From positions 1 through 60,234 of the IMG/VR virus record IMGVR_UViG_3300037488_001588: a DNA stretch of 60,234 bases. One strand, given 5' to 3'. Under the pieces are notes generated by a model. That model was not told the DNA's origin. It ran no database searches and saw only the letters and a program-made list of their open reading frames with translations. The stretch is from a virus (lineage: Duplodnaviria > Caudoviricetes). A program made the position numbers and the translations under genes. Shown here piece after piece: positions 53,116-60,234 of the stretch (its first letter is position 1; every line of letters starts with the position of its first letter).

Positions 53116-54774
53116 CTAGCTCGGATACAGCGGTGCCGGCGTCGATCTCACGAACGACAGGCTCTCGTTCAGCTCCTGCAGACGCTCGGCCGGGCGTACA
53201 ATCAGGCCAAGGTCGCGCAGATGGCGCAGCGCTTGGCTCACGGTGTCGACGATGTCGTCGTGTTTTGCATTTGGGAACGTGCCGCACTGGGCCATGACGT
53301 CCTCCGACCACTGGCGCTCGGGCGCGTAGACCTGTCCCTCCTCGAAGATGTTCTGCACCGAGTAGAGGCGCGCCAGCTTGTCGACGTTGCCCGGATTATT
53401 GAGCTGGATGGCGAAGCCTTCGGTCGTGAACAGGCGCCGCAGCTCCTGCGCCACGCTGATGCCGCTCGCCTTGTTCTCGATCAGGATCTTGTCGACGCGG
53501 TACGTCTTGCAGTGCTTGCCGACTTCCTTGACGAGGTCGTGCAACTCAAGCCTGCCATGCCAGCAGTACATCAGCATGACGCGGGCGCTGGCCTCGCCCG
53601 TCACGCGCGTGCTGCTGGTCGGCGATGTCTTGAGGTCTCGCGTCACCGTATCGCCCGTGAACACGCCCCAGATCGTGAGCGCGCTCTCGTCGTTCATCGT
53701 GTCCGCCGTGTAGGCGCTGTCGAGCGACGCGAGGATGTAGTCCATGGCAGGGTACGCCGCAGGCTTCGTGATGCGCCCGGCGTTGTCGGTCGGCTCGCCC
53801 TCTGGCGGCCACAGCTGCCAGTGCTCTCGCTTGATGATGCCGCCGCCAGCCGGCTCCGGGCGCTGCTGGAGCTGCCCGGCTGATCGCCAGCTGCCCAGCG
53901 CGGCCTTCAGCTCGTTGATCTCCCTGTGGCCCATGCGCTCGGGCCACAGCAGCTCGCCGGGCTCGGTGCGGGGATCCTCCCACCCGATGCTGGTGATGAA
54001 CGATCGCTGCGGCTCGTACTCTGCCGGCAGCATGAGATGCGTCCACTCCTTGCTCGAAGGCTTCGACAGGATGTGCCCTGTCAAATCGCTCTCGCCGAGG
54101 CGCTGCTGGATGACGATGTAGGCGCCGGTCTTCGGGTCGTTGAGGCGTGTGCTCATCGTGCCGTCCCACCAATCCTCGTTGGTGGATTGGATCACAGCCT
54201 CCGACAGGACTTCCTTGGCGTTGTTGCCGTCATCCACGATGATGATCTGCCCGCCTTCACCCGTGATGCCACCGTCGACAGACGACACGATGCGCTCGCC
54301 GCCTCTCGTGTTGCCGAATCGGATCTTCTGGTTGCTGTCGGACAGCAGGCTGAAGCGATGACCCCATAGGCTCTGGTACCACGGGCTGGCGATCAGGCGC
54401 CTGCACTTCACGCTGTCGCGCACGCTGAGCTTGAAGGCGTACGACGCGGAGATGATGGGCACGCCCGGGCCCGACGTCGGGCCCTCGAACTCCTGCGCCC
54501 ACACCCATGCGGGGAAGGCCACGCTCGCGATCGAGCTTTTGGACATGCGAGGCGGGATGTTGATCAGAAGACGCTTGATGTCGCCATCGACGACTGCTTC
54601 GAGGTGCTCGGCGAGGGCGTCGATCACCCAACCGTCGGTGAACGGTGCCGGGTCGATGTACGGCCACGCCTTCTTCAGGAAGAAGTGAAGGCTCTCCTCG
54701 GCGTCACCACGATCCAGCTCGCGCAGCTGCGCGTCGCGATCGATGAGCCGGCCGTTCCACTCGATAAGGGGCAT
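53116..54774 (-). CDS. terL: Terminase large subunit
   Basis: RLLINIPPRMSKS (Walker A variant), ITGEGG.IIIVDD (Walker B), LQQRP, SLDSAY, IENKASG, FPNAKHDD.VD. Confidence 0.92.
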   Translation of the reverse strand: MPLIEWNGRLIDRDAQLRELDRGDAEESLHFFLKKAWPYIDPAPFTDGWVIDALAEHLEAVVDGDIKRLLINIPPRMSKSSIASVAFPAWVWAQEFEGPTSGPGVPIISASYAFKLSVRDSVKCRRLIASPWYQSLWGHRFSLLSDSNQKIRFGNTRGGERIVSSVDGGITGEGGQIIIVDDGNNAKEVLSEAVIQSTNEDWWDGTMSTRLNDPKTGAYIVIQQRLGESDLTGHILSKPSSKEWTHLMLPAEYEPQRSFITSIGWEDPRTEPGELLWPERMGHREINELKAALGSWRSAGQLQQRPEPAGGGIIKREHWQLWPPEGEPTDNAGRITKPAAYPAMDYILASLDSAYTADTMNDESALTIWGVFTGDTVTRDLKTSPTSSTRVTGEASARVMLMYCWHGRLELHDLVKEVGKHCKTYRVDKILIENKASGISVAQELRRLFTTEGFAIQLNNPGNVDKLARLYSVQNIFEEGQVYAPERQWSEDVMAQCGTFPNAKHDDIVDTVSQALRHLRDLGLIVRPAERLQELNESLSFVRSTPAPLYPS

Positions 54775-54810
54775 GCCGAAATATATCCTGCGACGCCACT
54801 ATCGTCGAGC

Positions 54811-55014
54811 CTACCGCGCGTAGCGGCACTCCCACATGGCGACGACGTCAGGATACGCTTCGCGATAGTGGGCCGTCATTTCCGCCAGATCGATGCAAGG
54901 CGTGCCGTCATCCCGCAGCGCGCCCGTCGGCGTGTTGCGTCGGACGCGGGCGGCGATCTTCTTGCGCAGGCGTTTCCAAGCGTAGCGCGCGAGCAGGATC
55001 TCGGCGTCGGTCAC
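54811..55014 (-). CDS. Hypothetical protein
   Basis: GTGA coupling, GAGG RBS. Confidence 0.55.
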   Translation of the reverse strand: MTDAEILLARYAWKRLRKKIAARVRRNTPTGALRDDGTPCIDLAEMTAHYREAYPDVVAMWECRYAR

Positions 55015-55187
55015 AGGTCGGCCTCGTTGGGTGTCTGGCGCTGAACCGGAACGCGGACGCGCGGCTTGCCGTACCGTTTTATGTGGGTGTCGATGTACGG
55101 CCCCACGTCATCCAGCCATCGCGTGAACGCTTCCTGCGTCATCGCCGTCATGCTCGGCGTGCCGAATAGGCTGCGTGGTCCGCTCAC
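55011..55187 (-). CDS. 58-aa hypothetical protein, absent from the ORF track
   Basis: MSGPRSLFGTPSMTAMTQEAFTRWLDDVGPYIDTHIKRYGKPRVRVPVQRQTPNEADL; 4-bp overlaps at both ends. Confidence 0.5.
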   Translation of the reverse strand: MSGPRSLFGTPSMTAMTQEAFTRWLDDVGPYIDTHIKRYGKPRVRVPVQRQTPNEADL

Positions 55188-55480
55188 GGCACGTACCCTA
55201 CGCCGTGGATGTCCTCGAAACTCTCGGAGAGCCTAGCGTCGAGCGGATTGCCCGGCGGCAACGTCGACATCGGAATAGTGACGTGCTCGTAGCGCTTGGC
55301 GCTTGCCATGTCCCAGTGCATCAGCATCAAGGCCTTGTTGCGCGCCTCGTACTGCTGCGCCGTGTACATCCACGGGCTGATCAGGTGGTGGTTGCGGCGC
55401 AGGAACTCTCCCTCCCTGTAGCGGCGGCCAGCCTCCTGCGCGGTGAGCTGGGGCGGGACGGTCTCGTAGCTATTGACCAC
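55184..55480 (-). CDS. Hypothetical protein
   Basis: GGAGG RBS before GTG 55480. Confidence 0.55.
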   Translation of the reverse strand: MVNSYETVPPQLTAQEAGRRYREGEFLRRNHHLISPWMYTAQQYEARNKALMLMHWDMASAKRYEHVTIPMSTLPPGNPLDARLSESFEDIHGVGYVP

Positions 55481-55655
55481 AGGCTGTGTCCTCCGTCGAT
55501 CGAGTTGCCGCGCACGCGGCGGCAAGGGCTCGAACGTCGCCCCACGTCAGCATCACGCCTGCCTCGTCGAGCAGGACCAGCTGGGTGTCGGGCGCGAGCG
55601 TGTCGGGTGCCGACGAGATGCGCGCGGCGATCTCCGCGATGTCGGGCTCAGTCAT
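55470..55655 (-). CDS. Hypothetical protein
   Basis: ATGA coupling. Confidence 0.5.
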   Translation of the reverse strand: MTEPDIAEIAARISSAPDTLAPDTQLVLLDEAGVMLTWGDVRALAAACAATRSTEDTACGQ

Positions 55656-55855
55656 ATGCTGGGCCCTCGCCATTCAAAGAACTTGGCATCCTTGCCGCAG
55701 ATATCGGCGCCCTCGTTGTAGCGCTCGTACCATGCGTCGTTCTGGGTGCGGATCAGCGGCTTACCGGTCACCAAGCTCACCGTCATGACACTCGCCGGTC
55801 TCGCGCAATCCGATCGCGCGCTGTCGAAATGCTTACAACCGTAACAGAACTTCAT
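55652..55855 (-). CDS. Small four-cysteine (Zn-binding) protein
   Basis: MKFCYGCKHF......C...R......CG.DAKFFE. Confidence 0.65.
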   Translation of the reverse strand: MKFCYGCKHFDSARSDCARPASVMTVSLVTGKPLIRTQNDAWYERYNEGADICGKDAKFFEWRGPSI

Positions 55856-56238
55856 TCGGCGCACTCCGCTGCGATGCCGGCATAGCCCGCGAGGTCGACG
55901 TAGTTGTCGGGGTTGTGGCTGCCGCTCTTCAGGCGGGCGATCTTCAGCAGGCACATCATCACAGCGACGTCGTGCGCGGTGAAGTGCCGGTAGCCCGTCA
56001 CGGCATCGACACCAAAGTAGGCGTTCCACAGGTCGGCGATGTTCTGGTGATTGACGCGCTTGTCGCCGTGCTGCTTGGCACGATCGCCACCCGTGAGTTC
56101 CAAGGCGGTGCGGAGCGTCGTCTCGCAGACACTGGGCGCGACGGGCGAGCCCGCCGCAACGCCCTTTCGTTCGCAGTTACACTCCCATCGATCGTCCAGC
56201 CCGCAGCGCGGGCATCTGTCACACGCAGTCATCGTCAT
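55852..56238 (-). CDS. DUF6378-like protein
   Basis: GDR...HG....NH..IA.LW.AY, DVA.MM.LLK.AR, D.YVD.AGYA. Confidence 0.75.
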   Translation of the reverse strand: MTMTACDRCPRCGLDDRWECNCERKGVAAGSPVAPSVCETTLRTALELTGGDRAKQHGDKRVNHQNIADLWNAYFGVDAVTGYRHFTAHDVAVMMCLLKIARLKSGSHNPDNYVDLAGYAGIAAECAE

Positions 56239-56528
56239 GCTCCATCCAGCAGAGCGTTGTACTTGACCGAGAGCTGGTGCGTGTTGGCGCCGCCCGTCTC
56301 GACGTCCCACGCGACCAGCGCGTCGAGGATCGCGTCGGCGGCGCGCTTGGTGCCCGGCTTCTTGCGCTTCTGCAGGAGCGCCTTCGTACGCTCGAAATTG
56401 AACAGGTCGATGATGTACTGTGCGCGGCTGATGTTCGGCGGCACGGCCAGCTCTGATCCCGTGGTCATCCTGATCTCCTCGTGCCCGGCCGCGATCGCGG
56501 CCGGCGGGTTGGGTGCTCGTCTTGTCAT
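56235..56528 (-). CDS. Hypothetical protein
   Basis: 97-aa ORF, ATGA-coupled. Confidence 0.55.
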   Translation of the reverse strand: MTRRAPNPPAAIAAGHEEIRMTTGSELAVPPNISRAQYIIDLFNFERTKALLQKRKKPGTKRAADAILDALVAWDVETGGANTHQLSVKYNALLDGA

Positions 56529-56659
56529 GCGCCACTATGGCGCTGGCCGCGCCGGGGCGCAAGGGGGAGAGGTCGATGAAGCTCGCCTGCCATTTCGTTG
56601 GCCACGGGCTGAAACCCGAAAAATATCCCGTGTTCTTTCGCGCCTCTCAGGTCGGGTTG

Positions 56660-56980
56660 TCACCCCTTCTTGCGTGTCTTCTTGGCCGGCGGCGGCGGGG
56701 GCGGCGGCGGCGGCGGCGGCTCGATCGTCTGCCAGTTACCGCCCTTGTCGAGACGCTGCCGGCGCACGGTCGCGCCCTCCGTGATGATCTTGGTGTCGCC
56801 GTAGATCTCGGTGACACGACCGCCTGTGGCCTGCGCGGCGTCGCTACGGGGTTCGGCGCGCGCAGCTTTCCAGCCGGCCTCGAAGATGGCGAAGCCCTCG
56901 CTGTCGGGTATGAAGCTCATAGAACCGGCGCCTTCTGACGTCTCGCACCATTTGTTGAACGCCTGCCTTGCTAGTGTCAT
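56660..56980 (-). CDS. Hypothetical protein with poly-Pro tail
   Basis: GAGGAG RBS before ATG 56980; FEAGWKAA motif; run of 11 Pro. Confidence 0.6.
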   Translation of the reverse strand: MTLARQAFNKWCETSEGAGSMSFIPDSEGFAIFEAGWKAARAEPRSDAAQATGGRVTEIYGDTKIITEGATVRRQRLDKGGNWQTIEPPPPPPPPPPPAKKTRKKG

Positions 56981-57090
56981 GTCGAACTCCTCGAACTGAT
57001 AGTTAAAGCAACTCACTTGAAACTCAACAGCGGCGGCACATTACAGCATCATTATCGCATAATGTGTATTATGGAACATTTACGGCGCTA

Positions 57091-57684
57091 CTACGTCTCG
57101 TCGTCCATACCCTCAAGCGCGGCACGAAGCGCTGCACGTCGCTCGGGCGTCAGCTCTGCCGTTGTGATGACGTGCGCGTTCATCGTTGCGATCGGGCCGC
57201 CATTGGCGCCTGTGAGCTGCTGCCGATCGACGACGTGCCCTTCGAGCTTGGCGAGATCCATCAAAGCTGCGCGCTTGTCGTGGAGCGTGAACTTGGTCTT
57301 GCGCACGGGCGCGCCGCCAACGGTGCTGGTCTCGCTCGTGATCTCTTTCACCGCAGCCATCTTGTCGCGATCGACATCGGTGAAGTCGAGCACTGGGTTG
57401 CCGTCCTCATCGAACGACGTGAAGTCGGCCATGTTCGATCGCGCGAGCTTGGCCAGCTCCTCGACGATCCACTCGCGCGTCACCTCGAACTTCTTGAGCA
57501 CTTTCTTCTCGATGGCGCCGCGACGACGCTCGATCTCGGCCGCGACGTCAGGATTGGACAGCAGATACGAGCCTTGTTGCTTGGCGCTTCCTTCGGCGTA
57601 GCCAGCAGCGATCGCCGAGCGCGTTGCATTCCCACTAGCAACGTACTCGACTATGAAACGCTCTTGTCTCGCGGTGAAAGCCAT
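57091..57684 (-). CDS. terS: Terminase small subunit
   Basis: T.RQERF..EY...GNAT..AI.AGY....A...G..LL..P.V; DK..AL..LAK..G. Confidence 0.92.
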   Translation of the reverse strand: MAFTARQERFIVEYVASGNATRSAIAAGYAEGSAKQQGSYLLSNPDVAAEIERRRGAIEKKVLKKFEVTREWIVEELAKLARSNMADFTSFDEDGNPVLDFTDVDRDKMAAVKEITSETSTVGGAPVRKTKFTLHDKRAALMDLAKLEGHVVDRQQLTGANGGPIATMNAHVITTAELTPERRAALRAALEGMDDET

Positions 57685-57693
57685 AACGTAATG

Positions 57694-57960
57694 CTAGTCC
57701 TTGTTGTAATGATCAGCAACGGGCAGGCATTCGACCTTGTCATTGATCATTTCGATCATGACAGGGAAACGCACTTCCTCGCACAGTTGCTTGGTCGGAA
57801 AGGGCGGACCGATGTTGTGGCGAAGGTTGTTCTTCACCACCTGTATCTGCCAGCCGGTCTTGACCTGTGCGCTCGCAGCTGCAGCCATCAGCACGAGCAG
57901 GGAGCCGATCGCGATCGTCGTGAACAACAGCGTCAGCCCGTCCTTGATCCAGCTGGACAT
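57694..57960 (-). CDS. Small exported or membrane protein
   Basis: Signal-like N-terminus ending ASA|Q; PFPTKQLCE...C. Confidence 0.6.
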   Translation of the reverse strand: MSSWIKDGLTLLFTTIAIGSLLVLMAAAASAQVKTGWQIQVVKNNLRHNIGPPFPTKQLCEEVRFPVMIEMINDKVECLPVADHYNKD

Positions 57961-58310
57961 CAGCTGTCCTTCTTGCGGCGGAACAGCAAACTACGCCACA
58001 GCGTCACTGTCCGCATGTGATTGTGCATGTGTTCAGGCTCCACCAGCTTCACGCGCTCGATCCAGCCCAGCCGAGCAAGAGCTTGGGGTCCGCTAACCCA
58101 TATGTTCGAGTCCAGCGCTGCCGGCTTGATAAGCCCGCGTCGCGTGCAGTACTCCTTGAACTCATCGCCCCGCACGAACTCTTTACTCAGCAGCAGCTCT
58201 TCGCTGAACTCCAGATAGCCCTCTACGAAGGCGGGCTTGGTCGCCATCGCCTTGGCAAACAGGCTGGCCCCTCGCGCCATTGCCATTTCCATTCTCTCGG
58301 ACATTGTCAT
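57960..58310 (-). CDS. Hypothetical protein (possibly winged helix)
   Basis: 116-aa ORF with RBS; N.W......LARLGWIE...W.SL. Confidence 0.6.
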   Translation of the reverse strand: MTMSERMEMAMARGASLFAKAMATKPAFVEGYLEFSEELLLSKEFVRGDEFKEYCTRRGLIKPAALDSNIWVSGPQALARLGWIERVKLVEPEHMHNHMRTVTLWRSLLFRRKKDS

Positions 58311-58323
58311 CTCCTCTTCTGTT

Positions 58324-58581
58324 TTACGTCAGCTCTCTGTCAGGCGGCGGCTCGCACCACTTCACCCTGATCATGTTCTCAGTACCCTTTATCAGCAACA
58401 TGAGCTGCAGCATGCGGACGACTGCAAGCGGGATCGGTGATGTGCCGTTGGTCCACCGGTAGACCGTCTGGATGGCGACGCCAGAGCATCGGGCCGCCTC
58501 GTCGTTGGTGATGTCCAGCTCGTAGAGCAGGCGCTCCAGCTCTGCGCGATCGCCCGTACGGGCTGTCTTCTCGGTTGGCAC
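58324..58581 (-). CDS. Helix-turn-helix DNA-binding protein (XRE/Cro-like)
   Basis: ITNDEAARCSGVAIQTVYRWTNGTSPIP. Confidence 0.8.
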   Translation of the reverse strand: MPTEKTARTGDRAELERLLYELDITNDEAARCSGVAIQTVYRWTNGTSPIPLAVVRMLQLMLLIKGTENMIRVKWCEPPPDRELT

Positions 58582-58596
58582 TGCTCATCTCCTCGG

Positions 58597-58833
58597 TCAG
58601 CTGTCTAGATCTTCGATGTCGTAGGCCGTGTAGAGGGCGCTGGACAGGCGACCCGGCAGCTTGACGCCGGTTTTCAAACGGCGAGCTGCGCGCGCCTTGT
58701 GGTAGGTTTGGCGCATCTTTTCCTCGAAAGCGCGCTTCTCCTCGGGAGTGCGCGAGGCCTGCCAGCGGCGAGCCCCTTCGAGCTGCCGCTGGCGCTGTTC
58801 GGGGGTGAGCGGGGGTTGGGTCTTCCGGGCCAT
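58597..58833 (-). CDS. Basic hypothetical protein
   Basis: GAGGAGG RBS; two TPE repeats. Confidence 0.55.
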   Translation of the reverse strand: MARKTQPPLTPEQRQRQLEGARRWQASRTPEEKRAFEEKMRQTYHKARAARRLKTGVKLPGRLSSALYTAYDIEDLDS

Positions 58834-59076
58834 CTAGCGGTCCTCCTCGGCGTCGGCGGTGGCCGCGACCGGCAGGACGTAGGCGTACACCGCGTCGGCC
58901 AGCACGGCTGTCATCGGAACCTTGCGCTGGCGGGCGAGCCACGCCATACGCCGGAAATTGTCGGCATCCAGAGTGACGCAAATCCGGCGCGGGCCGTCTG
59001 GCACCCCGCTGTAAAGCGGGGTGCCTTTCCCGTGTTTGTGGCGGCGCCGATAGCCGGCGGTCTTGCGAGGGGTCAT
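58834..59076 (-). CDS. Possible ribbon-helix-helix protein
   Basis: RICVTLDADNFRRMAWLARQRKVPMTAVLADAV.AY pattern. Confidence 0.55.
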   Translation of the reverse strand: MTPRKTAGYRRRHKHGKGTPLYSGVPDGPRRICVTLDADNFRRMAWLARQRKVPMTAVLADAVYAYVLPVAATADAEEDR

Positions 59077-59077
59077 G

Positions 59078-59977
59078 TCAGAACCCCCACTTTCCGGCGC
59101 AGATCGGACCGATGCCGCGAGCGATGCTCTCGGGGTTCGAGAGCGTCAGGCCGCAGCAGCCGCACGGGATCGTCATGCCGGGATCCTTGAGCAGCAGCTC
59201 GGCGCGGCGGGCGGCGTCAGCCTTCACGGCCTCGGCCGGGTTCGCCATGACCTCGGCAAGCGCCGGCAGGCGGCTCTGGTCGAAGTCACGGCCGGGCAGG
59301 AACGTCGAGGCGTCGCGAGCAATCTTGCCGACATAGGTGCCGCGATCCTTCACGTAGATGGCGCCCGGGTTGTTGCCGTGGTTGGGCGCGAGCGAGAACG
59401 TGAACTCCGCGATCATCACCTTCTTGCGGTTCTGGAGCGCGTTGCGGATCGCCGTGACGTCGAGGGTGGCTCCCTTGTCAGCCTGCTTCTGGACGCGCTC
59501 AGCGGCCCACTGGGCGCTGCGGGCCATGCCCTTGACGATCACCGCCATCTGGCCGTCGGACAGCTCGTGGCCGCCCAGCAGGCGCGTCTGGGCGCCTTCC
59601 AGCATCGTGGCGTAGCCCTCGGGCAACCGATCGCGGCGGGCGAGCGTCGCGTTCAGCCACGTCAGCTCGGCCTGATGGTCGGCAACGACCGAGGCCTTGG
59701 CGACGGCCGTGCGCTGGCGGGCCTGCGCGCGGACCTCGGGGCTGGTGGCGAACGTCTTGTGGCCGTTGCCCTTGCACTTATAGCAGGGGCCGAGAGCCCG
59801 GCCGCTGTAGCTGATGAAGCGGCCGGTGCCACGGCAGCTCTGGCACGTCTCGGAGAAGGTCATCTCGCGGATGCGGACGCTGGCCTCGTCCTGCGGGAGG
59901 CGCTTGGGCGTGGAGAACGTCGGGTCGGCGAGGTTGTCACCGAAGATGTCGTCGAGGCGGTCGTTGAGGTCGGTCAT
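59078..59977 (-). CDS. Zn-finger protein with C-terminal DUF6011-like domain
   Basis: CQSCRGTG...CYKCKGNG; LS..Q; CGCCG.TL.NPESIARGIGPIC. Confidence 0.75.
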   Translation of the reverse strand: MTDLNDRLDDIFGDNLADPTFSTPKRLPQDEASVRIREMTFSETCQSCRGTGRFISYSGRALGPCYKCKGNGHKTFATSPEVRAQARQRTAVAKASVVADHQAELTWLNATLARRDRLPEGYATMLEGAQTRLLGGHELSDGQMAVIVKGMARSAQWAAERVQKQADKGATLDVTAIRNALQNRKKVMIAEFTFSLAPNHGNNPGAIYVKDRGTYVGKIARDASTFLPGRDFDQSRLPALAEVMANPAEAVKADAARRAELLLKDPGMTIPCGCCGLTLSNPESIARGIGPICAGKWGF

Positions 59978-60001
59978 GGGATGCTCCGTTGGTAGGTGCC
60001 C

Positions 60002-60029
60002 ATCATACCGCCCTCGTCCGGTGATGCAA
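60002..60029 (-). promoter_or_regulatory. Sigma70-type promoter
   Basis: TTGCAT-N16-TATGAT upstream of the conserved leader. Confidence 0.6.
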
Positions 60030-60035
60030 GCGGAA

Positions 60036-60050
60036 TTAACACAATGTTAA
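60036..60050. promoter_or_regulatory. Full CtrA-binding box
   Basis: TTAA-CACAATG-TTAA, an exact TTAA-N7-TTAA, intergenic in a GC-rich genome. Confidence 0.7.
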
Positions 60051-60066
60051 TGAGGCAGCAAAACCG

Positions 60067-60234
60067 TGGGGGGTCGCAGAGCTTTTTTGCCTGCAACCCC
60101 CCTATAAAGCTCAAGCGGGAGTGCATTTTAGACGCGCCGACACCCCTTGGGGGGTCGCAGAGGTCTTAAACACCCCCTCAACGCCATACGGTACCGCTAT
60201 CCCCCCTTATTCTCTAATATCTACAACTCTTGTA
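60067..60234. repeat. Iteron-like repeats and AT-rich tract (candidate origin)
   Basis: GGGGGGTCGCAGAG within 60067-60081 and 60147-60163, degenerate inverted copy at 60091-60102, AT-rich 60207-60234. Confidence 0.65.

Noticed and set aside
56687-56720. (GGC)n microsatellite as a phase-variation tract
   Set aside because: In-frame poly-Pro coding with mixed codons; triplet slippage would not shift frame
1-60234. Alternative genetic code, DNA hypermodification cluster, integrase, tRNAs
   Set aside because: Genes are intact under the standard code and end in TAG, TGA and TAA; none of these genes was recognised by eye, though a tRNA or HMM scan could still find something

Overview
The window looks like one complete, probably circularly closed genome of a GC-rich tailed dsDNA phage (about two-thirds G+C by eye). 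It is most likely a podovirus-type phage of an alphaproteobacterium. Layout: (i) primase-helicase followed by a block of small early genes including DUF932 (49-7147); (ii) replication module with SNF2 helicase, VRR-NUC nuclease, RHH regulator, Cas4-like/DUF2800 exonuclease, SSB and family-A polymerase (7216-13302); (iii) a long minus-strand virion/lysis region (13303-54774) with TerL, portal, two unusual large proteins, GroES, scaffold, major capsid, adaptors, fibre-like proteins, lysis genes, nozzle and ejection proteins; (iv) TerS, small accessory genes and a candidate origin spanning the window ends. No integrase, CRISPR array, tRNA or rRNA was recognised. Main observations: (1) a canonical type II hammerhead ribozyme with a pseudoknot at 5649-5708(-); (2) a second, unidentified pseudoknot-like RNA in the same kind of intergenic slot at 6392-6450(-); (3) a short xxxGG motif occurring about 30 times across six virion-region proteins, dividing two of them into cassette-like modules and often paired with a short helical motif, suggesting a polyprotein-processing or capsid-cargo system; (4) fibre-like proteins carrying Sec-type signal peptides; (5) a perfect CtrA box beside inverted iteron-like repeats; (6) a shared CTACCACGG leader motif upstream of early genes, primase and polymerase. 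All protein assignments come from motif recognition by eye; no searches were run.
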